64,000 bases of DNA from assembly GCF_021869535.1 (NCBI RefSeq), contig NW_026262745.1, positions 77,500,001 through 77,564,000 of the forward strand, in the 5' to 3' direction. Positions 63,415-64,000 of the stretch are shown here, one piece after another; the first letter of the stretch is position 1; the number at the start of each line of letters is the position of its first letter. Under the pieces are notes generated by a model. That model had not been told where the DNA came from. It was given only the letters and a program-made list of their open reading frames with translations, and made no database searches. The translations under genes were made by a program, and so were the position numbers. The DNA comes from Mytilus californianus. Lineage: Eukaryota.

Positions 63415-63528
63415 AAAAGAAGTGTTGTTAATGTTGCAATGCCGCTAAGGTGCATGAAACGAAATGTTGGGTATACACCAAAAGACCCAGAAGACATTAG
63501 GTATTACGTCTATTACAATGACCTTTGA
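63415..63528 (+). CDS. Gene D probable next exon
   Basis: Very long pyrimidine tract + TCAG, phase 0 matching the 57765 donor: KRSVVNVAMPLRCMKRNVGYTPKDPEDIR. Ends either at donor AG|GTATTA (63500) or at the stop (63528). Confidence 0.55.
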   Translation, partial: KRSVVNVAMPLRCMKRNVGYTPKDPEDIRYYVYYNDL

Positions 63529-64000
63529 TGTACATATGCATAAAAAGAAATGTGGTGTATACATGAACGAGACAGTTACCAAACGACACAAAACAAAAAG
63601 GAATCTAGAGGTCACCATACTATTAGAATCTTCAACCTTGCCCTTTCGATTCTTTGACGGTTGATTCTTTTTTTCATTGAAAAACGTACCATTAAAATTA
63701 ATTGACTAGATTTAAATTAAGTGTAACAGTTGTTCTCTGTACTTTTGTTATCATATCAAGATAAACAGGTGTGAAATTAAATACACAAAACTTTTTAACC
63801 TCATCAACGGCACTGGCGGATCTGTAACAAGTGTAGAACCTCGTCAGTGCATATTAACCATTAATAATGGATATAAACATATAACATAAATGAGGATAAC
63901 CATTACGTGAGACAGCAGCCAGACACATTAGTTAATCCAATAGACACCTAGAGGTCAATATAAAACTAAAAACATCAGCAAGCACTGTAAAAATCCTTAG

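Overview
AT-rich, intron-rich animal genomic DNA, most likely a bivalve. The repeat families look Mytilus-like; this is recognition, not a search result. By joining splice sites by hand I reconstruct four gene models that the ORF track only shows in pieces. (A) Minus strand, exons 4206-4102 and 2026-1776: a secreted or surface protein starting signal peptide + SHFQGGMVTW, continuing off the left edge. (B) Plus strand, 14951-24358: a type I membrane protein with signal peptide, non-canonical C-type lectin domain, PAN/apple domain, Thr-rich stalk, Cys/coiled-coil module and TM helix. (C) Plus strand, 27288-32841: a 268-aa type II membrane protein with cytoplasmic tail, TM, stalk, remodelled sushi/CCP domain and C-terminal kringle, no protease domain. 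A pseudogenised tandem duplicate of its last two exons lies at 43860-46668. (D) A Ser/Arg/Pro-rich exon at 57520-57765 with a probable next exon at 63415. The rest is transposon-rich: Penelope-like RT fragments, hammerhead-ribozyme repeats including a 353-nt retrozyme-like unit, tRNA-derived SINEs, Kolobok, mariner and Harbinger-type MITEs, Helentron-type elements, a Ginger/KRBA2-like integrase relic, LINE 3' ends and a minisatellite. No rRNA, true tRNA or CRISPR was seen. Exon coordinates are exact to my reading; repeat boundaries are approximate unless a TIR or TSD is quoted.
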